A stretch of DNA of 63,923 nucleotides, filler included, from Octopus bimaculoides (taxonomy: Eukaryota), in assembly GCF_001194135.2 (NCBI RefSeq). It is 5 parts of 4 records of this genome, joined end to end, with 100 filler letters (N's around TTAATTAATTAA, not from the genome) between each part and the next. Parts side by side here need not be neighbours in the genome. Positions count along the whole stretch, not along the records: positions 43,454 to 62,706 come from NC_068982.1; positions 62,807 to 63,923 come from NC_069004.1; 3 more parts are not named here. One strand, 5' to 3'. Below are positions 53,896-63,923 of the stretch, piece after piece. The position numbers were made by a program, and so were the translations under genes. Under the pieces are notes generated by a model. It was not told the DNA's origin. It was given only the letters and a program-made list of their open reading frames with translations, and did not search any database. Positions within the stretch are counted from its first letter, which is position 1, and each line of letters opens with the position of its first letter.

Positions 53896-54277
53896 CTGAA
53901 AAGAATCAGATGTTTACATATAGATCAGTAAATAACTATGGAGTAAATGGAAATCATAAGTGAAAAAAGGTGACTCACGGGCAGACTGGATACTCTGTGT
54001 GCACAGGAATCAACTTAATGAACAGAGATGGAGGGTCCACACAAGCAGAAGAGTAAATCAGGGATCCACAGTCTCTTGTCTCTTTTGTGCTATTTTATCC
54101 CAAAGCTGCCACTGAAGGTCAAATTCATGACCTTACCATTGTGAACTGAATATTCTTAACCACTAAGCCACACGCCTTAAGAAATTTTTTTCCTTTTTTT
54201 GAAAATAAATAATTATAAAACTACCATTATAGGGAACAACTTGTTCCCTGATTTTTGACAAGAAAGCTTTAGCTCAC

Positions 54278-54438
54278 CTCATATCCTGGTAACTGCCGAA
54301 CACTTAGTACCAAAGCAAGGCCGCAGAAATGTTGGAGAAATGCTGGTGCTTGACCGAGCACACTGGCTGCATCCAAGCACACATGCAGAGTAAACATTGC
54401 ACAACCAGGTGGACTTATCCATTGGTTTCCTCCACGAC
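54278..54438 (-). CDS. HLCS: HLCS internal exon C (161 nt, phase 1 to 0)
   Basis: Acceptor cttatttggtag|GT and donor GAG|gtgagc. Encodes (G)RGGNQWISPPGCAMFTLHVCLDAASVLGQAPAFLQHFCGLALVLSVRQLPGYE, completing the biotin-binding GRGRGGNxW motif. Confidence 0.93.
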
Positions 54439-54730
54439 CTACCAAATAAGAAAACTTTATTCATCACAAATATTATTATAATCATCATCACTAAATAGTA
54501 GAGTTCAATATAAGGAGTTATTTTGGAAAAGGATGGAAATAGGAAGTATAAAGAGAAATAAGAGAATAAAAATAAAAGTAAAAAATATACAGTGGCAGTT
54601 CCATTATCCAAGGATTGGGTAGAAACACTTCTTGTCCATGGTTTGTAGATTCCAATAGGAGTTCATATTTTGTCATTACCAATGGATATAGTGAGCTCTA
54701 CTATTTTCCTCTATTTAACCATCTCACATC

Positions 54731-54778
54731 GTCTCTGATGAAGGGATATTCCTAATATCCCAGAAACAGCTGTAAGAC
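54731..54778 (+). ncRNA. Minimal type-I hammerhead ribozyme motif (PLE-associated type)
   Basis: GTCT-CTGATGA-A-[GGGATATT/CCT/AATATCCC]-A-GAAA-CAGCTG-TA-AGAC. Helix I GTCT:AGAC, core CUGANGA...GAAA, 8-bp helix II, palindromic helix III, GUA cleavage triplet. Confidence 0.72.
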
Positions 54779-54854
54779 TAACTTTCTCTTTATAAATGTC
54801 CTATAAATTCCACACAGCCTTGGCTTTGTTGTTCCATTTTATTTAACACACATA

Positions 54855-55400
54855 TATACGATGGGCTTCTTTCAGTTTCCGTCTACCAAATCCACTCACA
54901 AGGCTTTGGTTGGCCCAAGGCTATAGTAGTGGACACTTGACCAAGGTGCCACACAATGGGACTGAACCCAGAACAATGTGGTTGGGAAGCAAGCTTCTTA
55001 CCACTCAGCCACTCTGGCGCCTATTATTATCTTTTACTGGTTTCAGTCATTAGACTGCAGCCATGCTGGAGCACTGCCTTGCAGAATTTTTTGTAGCATG
55101 AATTGTCCCTAATACCTATTTTCGTTTTTGTAAGCCTGGCACCTACTCTGTTGGTCTCTTTGGCTGGACTGCTAAGTTACAGGGATGTAAACACACCAAG
55201 ACTGGCTGTTAAGTAGTAATGGAGAACAAACACAGAAAGAAAGACACACACACACACACAGACGTGCATATACGACAGGCTTCTTTCAGTTTCTGTCAAC
55301 AAAAGCCACTCATAAAACTTTGGTTGGTCCAAGGCTATAGAAGAAGATACTTGTCCAAAGTGCCATGCAGTGGGACTGAACCCAGAACCATGTGATTGGG
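54855..55400 (-). mobile_element. Two adjacent SINE family B copies (54855-55022 5' half; 55028-55400) in an HLCS intron
   Basis: Family B motifs with heavy CpG decay (GTTACAGGGATG, GGTTGGTCCAAGG, GCCATGCAGTGGG). Confidence 0.82.
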
Positions 55401-55893
55401 AACAAAAAAGGCTAATAGGACCTACAATTGATTTGCGTGATTTAGCTGCTATTTCTAGCAAGTCGCTGAACTGCATAGAGGGTCTTTTGTCCTTCTGTGC
55501 TGTTTTATGCTATTTTATCCCAAAGCTGTCAAAATTGCTTTTCTGTCCATTCAACGGCAGCTGTTCTTCAACCATTTTCATGTAGAATATGTCCACATCT
55601 ATTCCACTCACAAGAATCCAGTCTGTGAAGCTGGAAACGAGAATAAAATATAAGCAGCAGTGCTGAACTGCCACAATGCCTTTGATAAGGTCTGTCATGA
55701 GACCAATGTGTGATTCAGTGTGGCAGTGAGATGTCTCATAACAACACAATGTCATTAATGGGGGCCACAATTAAAATAACAGCATTGAATAAAACAAAAA
55801 TAACTTCAAAAAAAAAACAAAAAACATACAGTGAATTAAACAATAAAAATCAACAAAAAACAAAACAAAACAATTATAATAAAGGATACAGAC

Positions 55894-55961
55894 CTCTGCC
55901 ACTTGTCTGTCTTCCAGCAATGGCTACTAATCCAGCATGTGGATAATCCTTTGTGATTAGA
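55894..55961 (-). CDS. HLCS: HLCS internal exon B (68 nt, phase 2 to 1)
   Basis: Acceptor cttatctatttag|T and donor G|gtctgt. Encodes (P)LITKDYPHAGLVAIAGRQTSGR(G), the BPL 'A..QTxGRG' motif. Phases match both neighbouring exons. Confidence 0.9.
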
Positions 55962-57066
55962 CTAAATAGATAAGATTAAAGAGAAACAAATCAGACAAGA
56001 TGAGAAAAAGCAGTTTTTTGCACTAATCGGCTGCTAAGTAAAGGTTACAAAATACTTTTAGGGTAACGACTCACATGACCTGTGAAAACAACACATGTAT
56101 TTCATTTGATTTTTATGTCTAAATTCATAGATTTTCATGACACTGTTTCATTTTATGTTAAGGCTTTCGATTATGTCTTCAATTTTATTCCATTGTAAAG
56201 TGTAGGCATCAAACACATGTGACAAAGAGAACAACAATGACAATTACTGCTTTTAACATTGGCTGAAATTTTGGAAGGGATGAGTACCAGTTCATAACTG
56301 GTATTCATTACTTTATTTATACTTAGGCTCTCTTTCTCTCTAAGAACAGTCCAGTTGCATAACTGGACTTTTCTTACGAAGATGGGCCTTTGTGCCTGGA
56401 ATATAAAGGTTTTATTAAACTTCCTGCATTATCAGAAGCTGTCTATTTTCTGTCTCTTTAAATTCTTCAATATTACAATGCTTCAAGCACACTACAACTG
56501 TAACTTTCTTTAATTGTAAACATTTTTAAATCTAGAAAAAATAGGATATGCTTAAAAGTTCCAATTTTAATATTTTCTTATCAGAAAATGCTGTTTTTAT
56601 GGTCCTTTTTTAAAATGCTTTTAAATTACACAATGAAATTGCAAAGTGAGTTCTAATTTACTTCCTCTCTCCATCTTTGGAATATATTCATGTCTTTCCA
56701 TATACCATGTATGTATTGCACCCATTAAAGTGGTGTATATGATTTTGAAATTTGTAATACTTTTACCTTTGAGTCATTCTTGACAATCACTAGCTGATGA
56801 TTGACACACGCTAAGGACAGGTAACCACTCAGAAACTCGAGTTTGTGTGTATCACGTAAGGCTAGGGATGGGATCGATGACCTCCCCTCGCAAATGCTAA
56901 TCGGACACAGAATGTGTGTCGTTAGCCAGCTGGAAGAGATGTCTTCCTGGGGCTATAAACGTTAGTAGCACTGTTCTGTGTAGGACGCCACACTTGGTTG
57001 GCAATTAGTTATATGTTATGATTCTGTATTGCTACTGTTTACATCTCGCTCAGAGATTTAATCTAT

Positions 57067-57240
57067 AGGTGCAGGAGTGGCTATGTGGTAAGTAGCTTGC
57101 TTACCAACCACATGGTTCCGGGTGCGTTCCCACTGCATGGCACCTTGGGCAGGTGTCTTCTACTATAGCCTTGGGTTGGCCAAAGCCTTGTGAGTGGATT
57201 TGGTAGATGGAAACTGAAAGAAGCCTGTCCTATATATATA
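57067..57240 (+). mobile_element. SINE family B, 5' half
   Basis: GGAGTGGCTATGTGGTAAG...GGCACCTTGGGCAGGTGTCTTC...GGAAACTGAAAGAAGCC. Confidence 0.82.
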
Positions 57241-57247
57241 CATATAC

Positions 57248-57592
57248 GAGAATTTTAATGGAGATAAAGCTCCAGTATTTTGTACAAAGTGTTTATTTGC
57301 TTGTATATGAGCTAAAGATTAATAAAATTTGGTATAAGATAAAAATTTATCATTTATATTCTTATATTTCTACATTCTTATCATCTATGTCTTAATATAA
57401 ATATGTGGTTATTTGAATGGAATAATATCTCATGTCAGACATCTGAATTATGAATTTGCTTGTTTGAATGTTTAAGACAAATATCTGAAATTTTTATCTG
57501 ATATCAAATTTTTTTAATCTTTAGCTCCATATATGAGCGAATAAACAGTTGTACTTGATACTGGAGGAGCTTTATCTCCATTAACAATTCTC
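57248..57592. repeat. Imperfect fold-back inverted repeat, ~100-bp arms
   Basis: GAGAATTTTAATGGAGATAAAGCTCC...GAGCTAAAGATTAA versus TTAATCTTTAGCTC...GGAGCTTTATCTCCATTAACAATTCTC. Confidence 0.8.
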
Positions 57593-57637
57593 ATATTCTA
57601 CATTTGCTCATACCGAGCATTTAATATAGTAACAACA

Positions 57638-57905
57638 ATGGAGAAAAAATTTCTGGATTTGTCAACAAAAAACATCCTTATACCACCTAGACATCCATAC
57701 AAAGAAATTCTGTCGCCAAAAACTAGTGAATTTATAAGAAGAATAAGATTGAAAGCATTCCATTACAACCAGACGCATAAACGATATCATAGATGAAAGC
57801 AATCATACTTCCAACGAATTTAATGTGAAATCCCGCAGAAAACCTCCAACTAATCTGGGCTTATTGAATTTTGAAAAGGATCTTATCCATATCGTACAGG
57901 AATAC
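57638..57905 (+). mobile_element. Penelope-like ORF N-terminal remnant
   Basis: MEKKFLDLSTKNILIPPRHPYKEILSPKTSEFIRRIRLKAFHY, then (frameshift) FNVKSRRKPPTNLGLLNFEKDLIHIVQ. Resembles the PLE N-terminal 'S.KNIP.P..Y..L..K...FI.R.R.KA..F...KS...PP...L..FE.DL' pattern. Confidence 0.55.
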
Positions 57906-57951
57906 TTATGCAGCGAAGTGGCGTTGAGCACTCATTCTGACTGTTTGATAT

Positions 57952-59268
57952 TCATCATCATCTGGTTGAACTTGCTCAGATATTTTTAACCTGCATGTGC
58001 CACCCACATTAGGTCATGCACTAATTGAGGGTGGTCATCAGGAAGGCATCCAGTGTTTCTTATTTCTTTATTGCCCACAAGGGGCTAAACATAGAGAGGA
58101 CAAGCAAGGACAGACAAAGGGATTAAGTTGGTTACATCAACCCCAGTGCCTAACTGGTATTTATTTAATCGACCCTGAAAGGATGAAAGGCAAAGTCGAC
58201 CTCGGCGGAATTTGAACTCAGAATGTAGCGGCAGACGAAATACCGCTAAGCATTNNNNNNNNNNGAAAGGCAAAGTCGACCTCGGCGGAATTTGAACTCA
58301 GAATGTAGCGGCAGACGAAATACCGCTAAGCATTTCACCCAGTGTGCTAACGTTTCTGCCAGCTCGCCACCTTGAAGGCATCCAGTGTTTCTGCTGAGTT
58401 GACTGACATATGTTGTATTCAGATGACTTGCTTGAGTACAGTTATGCTTTGCCATCCATAGCAGTAGATCACTTGCCAGTTCTTGTTAACTGTTAACCAG
58501 TGCCTTACCATTGTAATGGTGGAAACAGGCAAATCTCCATACAGCTGTTTCTGGGTGGGATGAGTTCTCCAAGATATGTTTAAGACTGCTCTTAACATTT
58601 GGGTGTAAGTTCCATCTAAGTTTGATTCTTGTTTTTTGGTAAGTGTCCAGGCTGTTTCTCCATAGAGGACTGACTCTTCCGCTGCATGGAATAAGTTCCT
58701 CTTAAGGATGTCTGACAGGGTTGGTTTTCAGACAACATCTGGTTTGTTTAGGGCCAACCATGCTATGGCTGTCTGGGTTTTTACATCTTTTTCAGTCGAG
58801 GCTATTGCAGAACTGAGGTATATGGAATTGTCGATGTTGGTGATGGATCCTTGTGGTTGCTAGCAAAGAATTTAATTTTACTAGAATTAACAAGCAGTCC
58901 AACATCCTGTGCAGCTAATTTTAGACCATGAAGTACCTTGGGTGGAGTTTGATATGATGTCAGAGAGCAAGGCTAAATCATCAGCATAGTCTAAATCAGT
59001 TATTTTTTGAGCTGGATGTTTGATTCATCATCTTTTCACAAGTGTGAAACTGAGGCTGTTTAGATTGTCAAATGATGCTTGGAGGACATAACGCAGCGTG
59101 ATCACAAAGAGAAAAGGTGCCGATGTTCTCCACCCCTGGAGAATTCTAGCTCTGATATCAAAGACACTTGTATTTCCATCTGGGGACTTTATCATTGACT
59201 TGGTCCTGTTATAAAGAATCATAATTGCTACTGTTGTTTCCTCAGGGATTCCATAGGCCAGTGGTAGT
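57952..59268 (-). mobile_element. RTE-clade LINE 3' fragment, interrupted by a SINE, in an HLCS intron
   Basis: ORF 59028-59276 (AYGIPEE...DGNTSVFDIRARILQG...APFLFVI), then DLDYADDLALL, ESVLLYGETAWTLT, DLLLWMAK and TYVSQLSRNTG. Ends in a (GAT)n tail near 57953. Confidence 0.82.
58061..58373 (-). mobile_element. SINE family C inserted in the RTE LINE, 19-bp TSD GAAGGCATCCAGTGTTTCT
   Basis: TSD at 58042-58060 and 58374-58392; contains a 70-bp duplication across a 10-N gap. Confidence 0.88.
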
Positions 59269-59384
59269 TTTCCCATCTACCATATATGCATGTGCGTGTG
59301 TGAATGTATATACATATGCATGTCAGTGTGAGTGCATGTGCATGTGTGTGTGTGTGTGTGGAGTGTGTGCATGGCGTGTGTGTG

Positions 59385-59417
<33 letters not shown>

Positions 59418-59890
59418 AGCTTTGTCTTATTATTCATTGTTAAAATTTACATCTTTCCTATTGTTATTTGTTGAAGAGTGAATGTTTGCATTCTCAAAAT
59501 TTATTCGTTCAGTTATCTTTTTGTTTTCAATTTATCTTTCTTTTGCTAACAAAATCTCCAAATTTTCTTCCAAGCTCTTTCAGTGTGTTTGGTTGCTACC
59601 ATGCCAGTGACGTGGAACTGGCCACCTTGAATTATGAGTAAACAATGGTTGTACAAATATATGAAATATATATATAAATATATATATGGGAGTTATTGGT
59701 ATTCAGAAGACCCAGGATGGCAGGTAAGGCTATGTAAGTGCTACAGTAGGACTGTAGTTAGACTTTTGGTTTGATTATAATACGAGTGAGGAGTCTCTTA
59801 TTTCCCTTTATACTTCTTATTTCCATCCCTTTCCAAAATAATTTCTTTTATTGAACTCTAATATTTCCCTCTAGTTAACTCTCTCATATC

Positions 59891-59938
59891 GTCTCTGACG
59901 AAGGGATATCCCTAATATCCTAGAAACAGCTGTAAGAC
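59891..59938 (+). ncRNA. Second minimal type-I hammerhead ribozyme motif
   Basis: GTCT-CTGACGA-AGGGATATCCCTAATATCCTA-GAAA-CAGCTG-TA-AGAC. Same architecture; variation only at N7 and in helix II/loop. Confidence 0.7.
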
Positions 59939-60021
59939 TACCTTTCTCTTTATAAATGTCCTATAAATTCCACACAGCTTTAGCTTTGTTGTCTCATTTA
60001 ATTTAACATATATATGCTCAT

Positions 60022-60056
<35 letters not shown>

Positions 60057-60639
60057 TGTCTGTCTGTCTATATAACATTGGTCATATGAATTATATGGCT
60101 GTGTGGTAAGATGTTTGCTTCCCAACCACATGGTATCAGGTTCAGTCCCACTGCATAGCACCTTGGGCAAGTCTCTTCTGGGGAACTGCCCTGAAGAATT
60201 TTTAGCAACATCATTGGAAGAATTGGCATTATTTCTTCCAGTTCTTTACAATTCTGAGTTCAAATCCTACCAAGGCCAACTTCAACTTTCTTCTCCCTGA
60301 GGTCAATAATATAAAATACCAGTCAACTTTTGGGGGAAATGTAATCACTTATCCCCCTCCTTTACTAAAATTATTGTCCATGGGATCTTTTAAGATCCCA
60401 TGGACAACATCAGGTGGAGTACAGTTTTGAATCTCATAAATATCATTTTAATCTTCAGTCATTTTAATCGTCAATCATTTTAATCTTTAGTAAAGCTACA
60501 TTACAATTAGTCAGTTAACCAAATATTCTAATATTTCACAATGTCAATAATGAGGTATTGTTTCTGAACAGAACTAAGTTGTGGGTATAGAAGCTGTGCT
60601 GTATCAAATGGATATTACAGTAGCAGCAGCAGGAAGTAC

Positions 60640-60875
60640 ACCAACAATCACACCATCATCCATCATTTTAAATCCAGATTTTGTCCCCGTTAATGGGGGT
60701 GGCTGGATCTACCTCAATGACATAGCAACCGCCCTCACACCATCTCGCCATCATGCCCAGTTTTGGGCATCCTCTCTTCTCAAGCCAACCCTCCCAATCT
60801 CCTCCTCCACTTGTCCCCTCCACATTTCCCTCAGTCTACCTCGCTCTCACTGTCCATTTACCAAATATTCCAGGC
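60640..60875 (-). mobile_element. RTE LINE extreme 3' end remnant immediately after the HLCS exon A donor
   Basis: Minus frame gives ERGRLREMWRGQVEEEIGRVGLRREDAQNWA*WRDGV, the RTE C-terminal 'RGRP...W...V.ED....L..EDA.DR..WR' pattern. Confidence 0.6.
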
Positions 60876-60881
60876 ACTTAC

Positions 60882-61165
60882 GGATAAAGCAGTGGCATGG
60901 TAGATGATACAACATCAACATATAAAAGAAGCTGTCCAAGACTTTTGGTTTGAAGGTTCTCCCAATATTCTTTAGGTGTGAAGAACTGAAACTGGACATC
61001 TTTGTCTTCTTTCTCTTGAATTACAAGAGGAAGGCACTGGGCAGAAATTGGATGCATAACATCTTTTCGGCTTTCAACAAGCTGCAGAGATACAGAAGCG
61101 CCGATGAGTAAATTGCTGCCATGTAACTTACATGACAAAGCATGCAAGAGTTCTTTCTTGCGGTT
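60882..61165 (-). CDS. HLCS: Holocarboxylase synthetase / biotin-protein ligase, internal exon A (284 nt, phase 0 to 2)
   Basis: Acceptor ...ccaattatttttcag|AAC and donor CC|gtaagt. Encodes NRKKELLHALSCKLHGSNLLIGASVSLQLVESRKDVMHPISAQCLPLVIQEKEDKDVQFQFFTPKEYWENLQTKSLGQLLLYVDVVSSTMPLLY, whose end resembles the start of the eukaryotic BPL catalytic domain. Frame continues into exon B. Confidence 0.88.
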
Positions 61166-61417
61166 CTGAAAAATAATTGGAGGGCAAAGAATTAACATAT
61201 ATCTATGTACACACATATATATGCATTTACATATTTATACACACACACAAACATATAGAGATACATATATTGACATAAACATGTGGAAGATTACCTTCTT
61301 TTGGTTAAGTATAAAGTAATATTTTAGGATCTGACAAGTCCAGAGAAAAGAGGAGAAGAAGAAAAAGAGGTAGTCTTTGAAGAAGTCACAAAATGTGTGA
61401 TGAAAGAACTCTGATAA

Positions 61418-61532
<115 letters not shown>

Positions 61533-61935
61533 GATAAAAGTAAAGATCAAATAAACAGTTCATGTGTTTATAGTCAAAATAAAATGACCATTCCCAAGTA
61601 TAACAATATCTGTTTCAACACAGGATTTTGCATGAGGAATTTTACAAAACAAATCCATAAGCATAGAAGCATTTTGAGTTTAGGAGGAATACAAAGTTCT
61701 TGTATTCATGTTTAGGAATACAAAGTTCTTGTATTCATGTTTTTCTCAAAAGAATTATCGGAATAAAGAAAGTGAATTCACATACACCTGGAATTGAAAT
61801 TGCATAGCAAATGCACCTTACTAAGAGCTCAACCAAACTTGAGAGCGGTTTTATAAGTGCAGACAAACAAAATATTGATTTAGATGATTGTTATAGAGGG
61901 GATGGAAGACAATAATTATTTCTTTGCCAAGCTTG

Positions 61936-62110
61936 TGCCATGGAAAAAGCACTCAATACACTTTGCAAAATAGTTGGCATTAAGAAGGGCATGGCACCAT
62001 AGAAGCCAAAACAGTCAATGGAAACTGGTGTGACACCTGAACCTGTCAGCACTTGTCAAACTGTCCAACCCATACCAGCATGGGAAATGGATGTTAAATG
62101 ATGACGATGA
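61936..62110 (+). mobile_element. Retroposon family D, 3' part
   Basis: GTGCCATGGAAAAAGCAC...GTTGGCATTAAGAAGGGCAT...CAGCATGGGAAATGGATGTTAAATGATGACGATGAT. Confidence 0.68.
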
Positions 62111-62304
62111 TACATATATATACACACACACAAATACATATATATATATATATATATATATACACATTCATATACATACATACACATATATGCTCTTTAC
62201 TCTTTTACTTGTTTCAGTCATTGGACTATGGCCATGCTGGAGCACCGCCTTTAGTTGAGCAAATCAACCTCGGGACTTATTCTTTGTAAGTCTAGTACTT
62301 ATCA

Positions 62305-62706
62305 CACAGCCACAGACATACTGCCTGACTGGCCTTGTAGGGTTTTCGAGCGAGATCGTTGCCAGTGCCCCTGGACTGGCTCTTGTGCGGGTGGCACATA
62401 AAAGACACCATTTCGAGCGTGGCCGTTTTCGTGCGGGTGACACGTAAAAGCACCCACTACACTCTCTGAGTGGTTGGCGTTAGGAAGGGCATCCAGCTGT
62501 AGAAACTCTGCCAAATTAGATTGGAGCCTGGTGTAGCCATCCGGTTGCACCAGTCCTCAGTCAAATCGTCCAACCCATGCTAGCATGGAAAGCAGACGTT
62601 AAACGATGATGATGATGATGATAATGATGATATATATATATCATCATCATCATCATCATCGTTTAACGTCCGCTTTCCATGCTAGCATGGGTTGGACGAT
62701 TTGACT
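62305..62706. mobile_element. Young retroposon family D copy (+, 62305-62630) joined tail-to-tail to an inverted copy (62639-62706)
   Basis: GTGGTTGGCGTTAGGAAGGGCATCCAGCTGTAGAAAC...GCATGGAAAGCAGACGTTAAACGATGATGAT, then its reverse complement up to the gap. Confidence 0.8.
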
Positions 62707-62806
62707 NNNNNNNNNNNNNNNNNNNNNNNNNNNNNNNNNNNNNNNNNNNNTTAATTAATTAANNNNNNNNNNNNNNNNNNNNNNNNNNNNNNNNNNNNNN
62801 NNNNNN
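62707..62806. other. Artificial scaffold linker
   Basis: 44N + TTAATTAATTAA (62751-62762) + 44N. Confidence 0.9.
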
Positions 62807-63332
62807 TATATATACAATCATTTGTACATATTTGTGTATGTGTGTGTGTGTGTGTGTGTGTGAGTGTGGTGTGTCTACGTGTGTCTACGTGTGTGTATGA
62901 ATGGATAGAGTATGTGAGAGAGCTATACTTGCACAGTTTCAACATAATACTCTCCATCAAACGTTCTTACAATATTATAACGCAGACAATTTCCCAAACT
63001 TAAAAGCAGCCATCATATCACAAAGCCAACACCTTCCATTACGCTAAGGTAAAAGAGCTGATATAAACGTAGAAACATATCGAGGTTTAACTTTCTTCCT
63101 CCCCATCGTCTGTCGTCTGTCTCACTCATTTTTCTTTCCATTTTGCCGTCTGTTCTTCTTCCTTTCGTTATGTCGTGATTTTATTCAATTTTTCTATAAT
63201 TTTTCCTCAGATTGTCGTTTTTTATTATATTTTACTTCTTTTGCTTTCTTTCATTTTGTTCGTTCGTTCGATCTTTCACTCGTTTTTGTTTTTGTTTTTT
63301 TGCATTTTAACCGTCTCTTTATCTCTCAACTT

Positions 63333-63738
63333 TTAGTTTTTCAGTCATTGGAATGTAGCCAAGCGGGAGCATCGCATTGAAAGGCTTTAGTAAAATAGAT
63401 CGTCCCTTGTACTTATTTCTTTTGTGTTTTTTTAAAGTCTAGTGCGTATTGTACGGGACAATTTTGCTGAACTGTTAAGTTACGGGGGACGTAGACAAAC
63501 CAGCACCAATTGTCAAGTAAGAGAAGGAAACAAACACAAAGACACACAGACACACTGACATACACGCATATAAGGTGAGGGAGAGTGACGAACTTCCATA
63601 GTTTCCATCTACCAGATTCTATCACAAAGCTTTGGTCGACCCGGAGCCATAGCGGAAGAAACTTGCTCAAGGTACCACACAGTGGGACTGAACCTGAAAT
63701 TACGCGGTTGCAATGTGGGCTTCTTAACGACTCAGTCG
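63333..63738 (-). mobile_element. SINE family B, diverged copy
   Basis: TTTCAGTCATTGG...GTTAAGTTACGGGGGACG...CACAGTGGGACTGAACC. Confidence 0.72.
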
Positions 63739-63923
63739 TATCTTTTAAACAATATATTTCTGCATCTTCATCTCTTTTTCCCTGTCTTCCTCTTTCACAC
63801 ACACATACACACACTCACACAAGCGCACGCGTGCACACACAGGTCCGCTCTCTCTCCCTCCCCTTCTCTTTTTCCCCCTCTCCCTCTCACCTTCACTCTC
63901 ACACTCCCGTTGCTTCTCAGTTT

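Noticed and set aside
55510-55770. 86-aa ORF adjacent to HLCS exon B
   Set aside because: Intronic, no domain motif, and not needed for frame continuity between exons B and C.

Overview
Eukaryotic, extremely repeat-rich animal genomic DNA. The SINE families, microsatellite load and gap style suggest an octopus-type cephalopod assembly (inference, not verifiable here). The window is not one continuous contig: four identical 100-bp linkers (44 N + TTAATTAATTAA + 44 N) split it into five segments (1-7403, 7504-17310, 17411-43353, 43454-62706, 62807-63923). The one recognisable host gene is a minus-strand holocarboxylase synthetase / biotin-protein ligase (HLCS-like). Four exons (61165-60882, 55961-55894, 54438-54278, 53895-53781) have GT-AG ends, join in frame, and encode the BPL catalytic motifs. 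Its 5' and 3' exons were not found, and its KWPND motif reads KWSND. The rest is microsatellites, at least four SINE-like families (several with clear target-site duplications), three R4/Dong-like RLE LINE copies flanked by (CATA)n, several Penelope-like elements, two RTE LINE remnants, and a mariner derivative made of two inverted 5' ends. The most interesting signals are: two minimal type-I hammerhead ribozyme motifs with a palindromic helix III in HLCS introns (antisense to the gene); a near-perfect 408-bp palindrome; the double-5'-end mariner; and strong CpG decay confined to the HLCS-bearing segment. No CRISPR array, rRNA or intact tRNA gene was found. Almost all ORF-track entries are low-complexity artefacts.
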